The translations under genes and the position numbers were made by a program. 64,000 nt of DNA, from contig OX597815.1 of NCBI GenBank assembly GCA_951406725.2, positions 91,264,001 through 91,328,000 of the forward strand. Direction: 5' to 3'. Source of the DNA: Octopus vulgaris (taxonomy: Eukaryota). Under the pieces are notes generated by a model. That model made no database searches, was not told where the DNA came from, and worked only from the letters and a program-made list of their open reading frames with translations. The stretch's first letter is position 1. Every line of letters begins with the position of its first letter. Positions 58,410-64,000 of this stretch are shown here, in pieces.

Positions 58410-58659
58410 GGCTATCTATCTATCTATCTATTTATTTCATTCATTATTCACTGTGCATGTACCTGTGTGGCTGTGTGTACGCAAGTACATGTGTATGCAC
58501 ATAGATGTGTTTATACACATGGATGTGTGCATGTGTGTATGCATGTGTGTGTGCATGCACACCATTATGCAAATTAGGGCAGGCCAATTTATATGCACTA
58601 TTAGGCAAATTAGGAGACTGGTATATAGAGAGAGAGATGGGGGAGGGGGCGAGAAAGAA

Positions 58660-58722
<63 letters not shown>

Positions 58723-59099
58723 AAGGTGAATACATGTGGTGGGGGGAGATCTGGTCATATCAGAGTATATATAATATTCAGTTATTTAAATAGTTCAATA
58801 AGAATGGATATACATAATGCATAACTGAGTTATTACAAAACTTACTTTAGACATGCAAAATATCATAACATTCACTGACTATTTGTATGATTTCAAAATG
58901 CTCAGGTATTTTTAAGGCTTTACCTTGCACTAGAATTAATTCATTTATAGAAAATATCTCCCAGTAACGTTACAATTGAAAGTGGCTAGTTCAAGCAGCT
59001 TAATCTGATATCATCATTTTGAGTTGTAGCAGAAATAAAGTATTGTTTAACATACAATATAAAGATATTGTGCACATTCTAGTATAATACAAGTATATT

Positions 59100-59716
59100 G
59101 TGGGGCTGAAAAGGCTGTGCAGGTAAAAAATTACCCTCTGTACCAAGTGAATGTGAGTTCAATCTCAATCTGTAGCACATTAGCCAAGTGTTTTCTACTG
59201 TAGACACTGACCAACCATTACTTTGTGTGTGTGAAATCTGATAGATGGATATTATGCAGAAGCCTCTGTGTGTGTGTATATGTGTGTGTGTGCGTGCATG
59301 TGTCTGTCTCTCTGTCTGTCTAAGCATGTGGGGTACCACCACCTAGAAAGGTTTAGTCAGTCAAATCAGCTCCAGTACTTTTTTCTTTTAAATCTGGTAC
59401 ATATTCTATTAATCTCTTTTGCCAAACTGGGGATATAAATTATATTATAGGGATATAAATTAACCAACACCAGTTGTCAAGCAGTGGGGGAGCAAGTACA
59501 CACATACATATCTTTCTATCTGTCTGTCTGTTTATTTATTTATCTAAGTATATCTATATATATTAAAGTTTAGCACAGTTTTTGGTGAACAAATTCACTT
59601 GCAAAGCATTAGTCAACCCAGGACCTTAGTAGAAGACACTTGCACAAAGTACCATGCAGTGGGATTGAACCCAAAAAACATGTGGTTGCAAGCCAAACTT
59701 CTTAACCACACAGGCA
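59100..59716. mobile_element. Two old family A SINE copies in opposite orientation
   Basis: A plus-strand head/body at ~59100-59330 and a minus-strand copy at ~59340-59716 (agaagacacttgc..gggattgaacc). Confidence 0.65.
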
Positions 59717-61299
59717 TCTGTGAGTGTGTGTGAGTGTGGAGTGGTGTATGTGTGCATGTTCATATATGTGTGTGCATGTGTAAGCTAGCAAAGAGTGGAA
59801 AATTTCTACTCCAAACAAAAGACACATAATTATTTTCCACTTGGTCACATGCCTTTATATCCAGGGCAACTTTGTTTCCTTTCCTCTCCCTACTTGAAAT
59901 TATAAGCTAAAACCCTTGAAAGCAGTGGCCCAGCATGATTACAATCCGAGGTCTGAAACTATTAAAATAATAAAAGAATATATATTCTTTGAGAAAAAAT
60001 AGTCTTTAATTATTATTTATTTATACAGTGAAAATAAAAAGAAATCCTTCCCATAACAAAGCGTTTGTTTTAGAATAGAAGTAAAAGATAAAGAATTAGT
60101 TCATAGTTGTTAATGGTTAGTGGTACACAGTCTTGTTAATCTTTGATATGAAAGAATATAAGTTAAAATAGAATGAAATCAAGAAACTAGTAGTATTGTG
60201 TATGAAAATTTCTTTTATTCCTATATTTTCGCATACTTTTTCAATAATTTCCAGGAAATTCTTTAGAATTTCTTACAAAATACTTTGATTGTTGTTTAAT
60301 GGTAATCTAATACCAAAATCTTGAAAGGAGTTTTTCCTTGTTTCAGGAATATCAATGAAGGGTACTAATTCTTCCACGCACTTCACGTACTTCAGGAAAT
60401 GTATGTATTATTGTACAGACATCATTCTCCTAGGATTTGCACTTAAACTACTGCTAGTGTTAAGAATGATACATTTATTTTTCTCCATTTCCTACTCCAC
60501 CCCCTCCTACTACTACTCATTCTCAATCCTTTCACAATTTTAGAGTTGCATGAATGCTTTTTGAATATTCTTGCTGTGAGAAACTTTATGAAACTTATCC
60601 CCTTCCTGCTTGTCTTCTTCCTCCATTTTCTTCTTATACTTTGCTCTCCCCCTCCTCTTCCTCTCCATCTCTCCTTCTCTCTCTTCCTCTCTATTTGTCT
60701 ATGTATATATATATATATATATATACCCATTCTTGTTCTTATCCTATTTTCCTTTCTTTTAATAGAATAATCATAGATTTTGAACTTGATGCATGTATTC
60801 AAGTCAGTCTTACCAACTCCATTAGCTGTTCTCCCTCTTCCTTGCTCTCTCTCTCTTGCCTACCTAGCTATCTTTCCATCTATCCATTCTTCCCCTTAAT
60901 CTATTCTCTTTTCTTTAACAATCTTGGAAACTGAACTTGCTGTATGTATTCAAGTTTGTTTTACTAACTCCAGCAGCTTTCTCCACTTTACTGTTTGATT
61001 AATAATTCACAAAGTAGCTATTCACCTCCTGCTCAGAAAACAGGTTTCATTTCTCTGATATATTCTGAGGAATAATGTTAGTTTACTTAAAAAATTTCTT
61101 TAAATCTGTTTCTGATTTTCATTTTGATTCATACAATGCCAGGTCATAATTTAATAGGTGAGGAAATAGATTGTATGATGTTCATGTCTGTTCCAAAGAT
61201 GTTAGTATATAAATGATATTGATTTTAATACTTAGTTACAAAACCTTTCCTGATAAGGAGAAGATGTGATAGAACAAAAGTTTTACCAACTACTCTTGG

Positions 61300-61797
61300 A
61301 CCAACTCATAAAGGTAATGTTACCTTCTCGAGTCATGATGACACATAAGGCCCAGTTTCATGGCATATATATTCTGCACCTGGACAGGACGCCAGTCTGT
61401 CATGGGAATACTCATTTTTGCCAGCTGAGTGAACCAGAGCAATGTGAAACGAAGTATTTTGTTCATGAACACAATGCATCATCCAGTCCAGGAATTGAAA
61501 CTACAATCTTACAATCATGAGTCCAAATACCCTAGCCACTAAGCCACGCACCTCCATGACCAACTCACATGTACACAACTTAATATCGATTTTAGATTTT
61601 GGCACAAGGCCAACAATTTCAGGGGAGGGGATGAGTAGATTACATAGACTCCTGTGTTCAATAGGTACTTATTTTATCCACAAAGGGATGAAAGGCAAAG
61701 TCAACCTCAATGGAATTTGAACTTAGAAAGTATGGCTACTCAAGATGTCACTAAGCATTTTACCCAACGTGCTAATGATTCTGCCAGCTCACCACCT
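61300..61797 (-). mobile_element. Adjacent family C-like (61300-61555) and family B (61592-61797) SINEs
   Basis: cagctgagtgaac..ggaattgaaac; and gggatgaaaggcaaagtcaac..gattctgccagctcacc. Confidence 0.75.
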
Positions 61798-61856
61798 TTA
61801 CACAACAAAACATCACAATCTATATAGCTCTGTTTTCTACCATTCCTGTTGGTACA

Positions 61857-62065
61857 TACTCTTTTACTTGTTTCAGTCATTTGACTGTGGCCATGCTGGA
61901 GCACCACCTTTAGTCGAGGAAATCGACCCCAGGATTTATTCTTTGTAAGCCTAGTACTTATTCTATCGGTCTCTTTTGCAGAACCACTAAGTTACAAAGA
62001 CATAAACACACCAGCATTGGTTGTCAAGCGATATTGGGGGGACAAACACAGACACACAAACATAT

Positions 62066-62121
<56 letters not shown>

Positions 62122-62283
62122 GATGGGCTTCTTTCAGTTTCTGTCTACCAAATCCACTCACAAGGCTTTGGTCGGCCCAAGGCTATAGTAGAAGACACTT
62201 GCCCAAGGTGCCATGCAGTGGGACTGAACCCAAAACCATACAGTTCATAAACAAGCTACTTACCACACAGCCACTTCTATGCA
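61857..62283 (-). mobile_element. SINE family A, full length
   Basis: Reverse complement of the 14047 copy, with internal (TA)n. Confidence 0.9.
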
Positions 62284-62798
62284 TACTTTTTTATGATGAA
62301 AACAATGATGGTGTATAAGAAAAATATTGACACATTCAGTTGAAAAAATATGCAAGTTTTTGATTGGATGAAATTCGCAACTCATGAAATCTGCCAAAAT
62401 GTGGTAATATTCTCTATTAGTCTGTGTCATCATGATGCAGGAAAGCTGCCAAACTAATCTTATTTCTACATACACCATATTTCAGTACAAATATCAGCAT
62501 AAAATTCAAGGCTCCAAATAAGAAAGATCAAGATCCATGTGTGTGTGTATGAACATACACACACATGTGTACCTTAGTTGTAATGAATGGCAGAAAGAGT
62601 TCTTAATACCAAAGATAGAGTTTACATTATTTATTTGCACATAATTTTCTGTTAGGTCTCATGTAAGCACAGAAAACCAATACTATGGTCTTTCTATGCA
62701 TACATTTACACACACATATATCTTAATTTTTCTTAATTATATACTATTAATGTGAGTATATTGTAGGTCTTTTCAAAGCCATAACATTCAGAATATAT

Positions 62799-62932
62799 AT
62801 ATATTTGAAAGGATGAGTAGGGATGGCTTTTTTGAGAAGATAATTTTTATTTTAATCAACATTATTATTAAAATTAAAATTAAAATTATCCCTTCGAAAA
62901 AGCCATCTCTACTCATTCTTTCAAATGTATAT
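62799..62932. repeat. Hairpin with ~55 bp arms
   Basis: tttgaaaggatgagtagggatggcttttt..gataatttt vs aaaattatc..aaaaagccatctctactcattctttcaaa. Confidence 0.85.
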
Positions 62933-62967
62933 AATACTGTACCAAGAACTTTCTCTTTATCATTCTA

Positions 62968-63022
<55 letters not shown>

Positions 63023-63177
63023 CTTAAACAAGAACCAACCTTTTATCAATTCAACAATGAAATAACAATGATATAATTAAATTATACCATATAGAAAAAG
63101 ATTAGCTATGCAATAAAAACATATACCAATAACTAAGTAAAGTATAAAATAATGAATAAAAAGAATATAATTGGTAA

Positions 63178-63265
63178 AAAGACTACATGTGTTTCATGGC
63201 TATATTTACAAACTGATAGCAGTAAAATCAATTCAATTAATTATAGTCACTCTTCAGGTCCAAGA
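63178..63265 (-). ncRNA. Candidate minimal type I hammerhead ribozyme
   Basis: Minus strand GGAC-CUGAAGA-GUGACUAUA..UAUAGCCAU-GAAAC-ACAU-GUA-GUCU: both core motifs, a paired stem II, short stem III, GUA cleavage triplet and 4 bp stem I. Confidence 0.6.
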
Positions 63266-63940
63266 TAAAAACAATAAAATAATTAAATGAATAAAAATAT
63301 GTATATAATCTTGTAAGAAAATATAAATAAATATAAAAATACGTAATTTTACAAAATACAATAACCTATCATAAAATACAAACACGAAATATCTTAACAT
63401 AGTTTGTGGTAGTATTATGTATTTAAGTAAGCATGAAGTTTTTTAAATATATATTACTTAATGAGAATAAGATTTCACTTAGATATTTATTAAATAAATA
63501 AATTATTTAATTAATTAATTTATGTATATAGATTAAATTATAGTATTTTAGTTTTCACTTAATGTATAATTTGTATTTTATATATATATTTATTTTATTT
63601 TAAAGATTTTAATTACTGGTATTTTAATTTTCTAGTAATGATATATTATAGTTTGTTATTTTTCTTATATAAGTTTAAATTTATTTTCATAGATATAATA
63701 AATATTTATTTCTATTCATTCTAGATTTTTTTTTATACCCGAATATATTTGTTAAGATATTTCATGTTTGTATTTTATGATATATTATTGTATTTTGTAA
63801 AATTACATATTTTTATATTTATTTATCTTTTCTTACAAGATTATATACATATATTTATTTATTTTATTATTTTTATCTTGGACTTGAAGAGTGACTATAT
63901 TTAATTGAATTGATTTTACTGTTATCAGTTTGTAAATATA
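63201..63940. repeat. Inverted repeat, ~200 bp arms (63201-63399 / 63750-63940), probably Penelope-like termini
   Basis: Arms align almost base for base in reverse complement. The right arm is cut at 63940 by an RTE tail fragment. Confidence 0.85.
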
Positions 63941-64000
63941 CTCCAATGTTTGCATTGGCAGGGCTTCTATGGCTGAATGTTCTTTCTAACACCAACCACT

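Noticed and set aside
61018-61045. 3 nt microexon pattern (cag|gag|gtgaat, minus strand)
   Set aside because: A competing AG lies just upstream and the donor is weak; within chance expectation.
62305-62480. Possible MITE (ggtgtata..atacacc)
   Set aside because: The inverted match is too short and degenerate, with no clear target duplication.

Overview
AT-rich eukaryotic DNA made almost entirely of repeats and microsatellites. From recall, not a database search, the SINE/LINE repertoire looks like an octopus (coleoid cephalopod) genome. I find no intact host protein-coding exon, rRNA, tRNA gene or CRISPR array; nearly all tracked ORFs are microsatellite artefacts or decayed transposon fragments. 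Supported content: four tRNA-derived SINE families in many copies; RTE-clade, Tx1/L1-clade and restriction-like-endonuclease (Dong/R4-type) LINE relics; two decayed mariner elements; a MULE transposon nested inside an RTE LINE; hAT, Tigger, Tc1 and MULE-type MITEs; and a ~4 kb (TA)n tract inside a split SINE. The best leads are: a minimal hammerhead-ribozyme fold in an inverted, Penelope-like repeat (63.2-63.9 kb) with related hairpins; a non-coding, apparently (AAT)n-targeted retroelement; and candidate frame-preserving 6-9 nt microexons on the minus strand. Repeat boundaries are approximate, read by eye.
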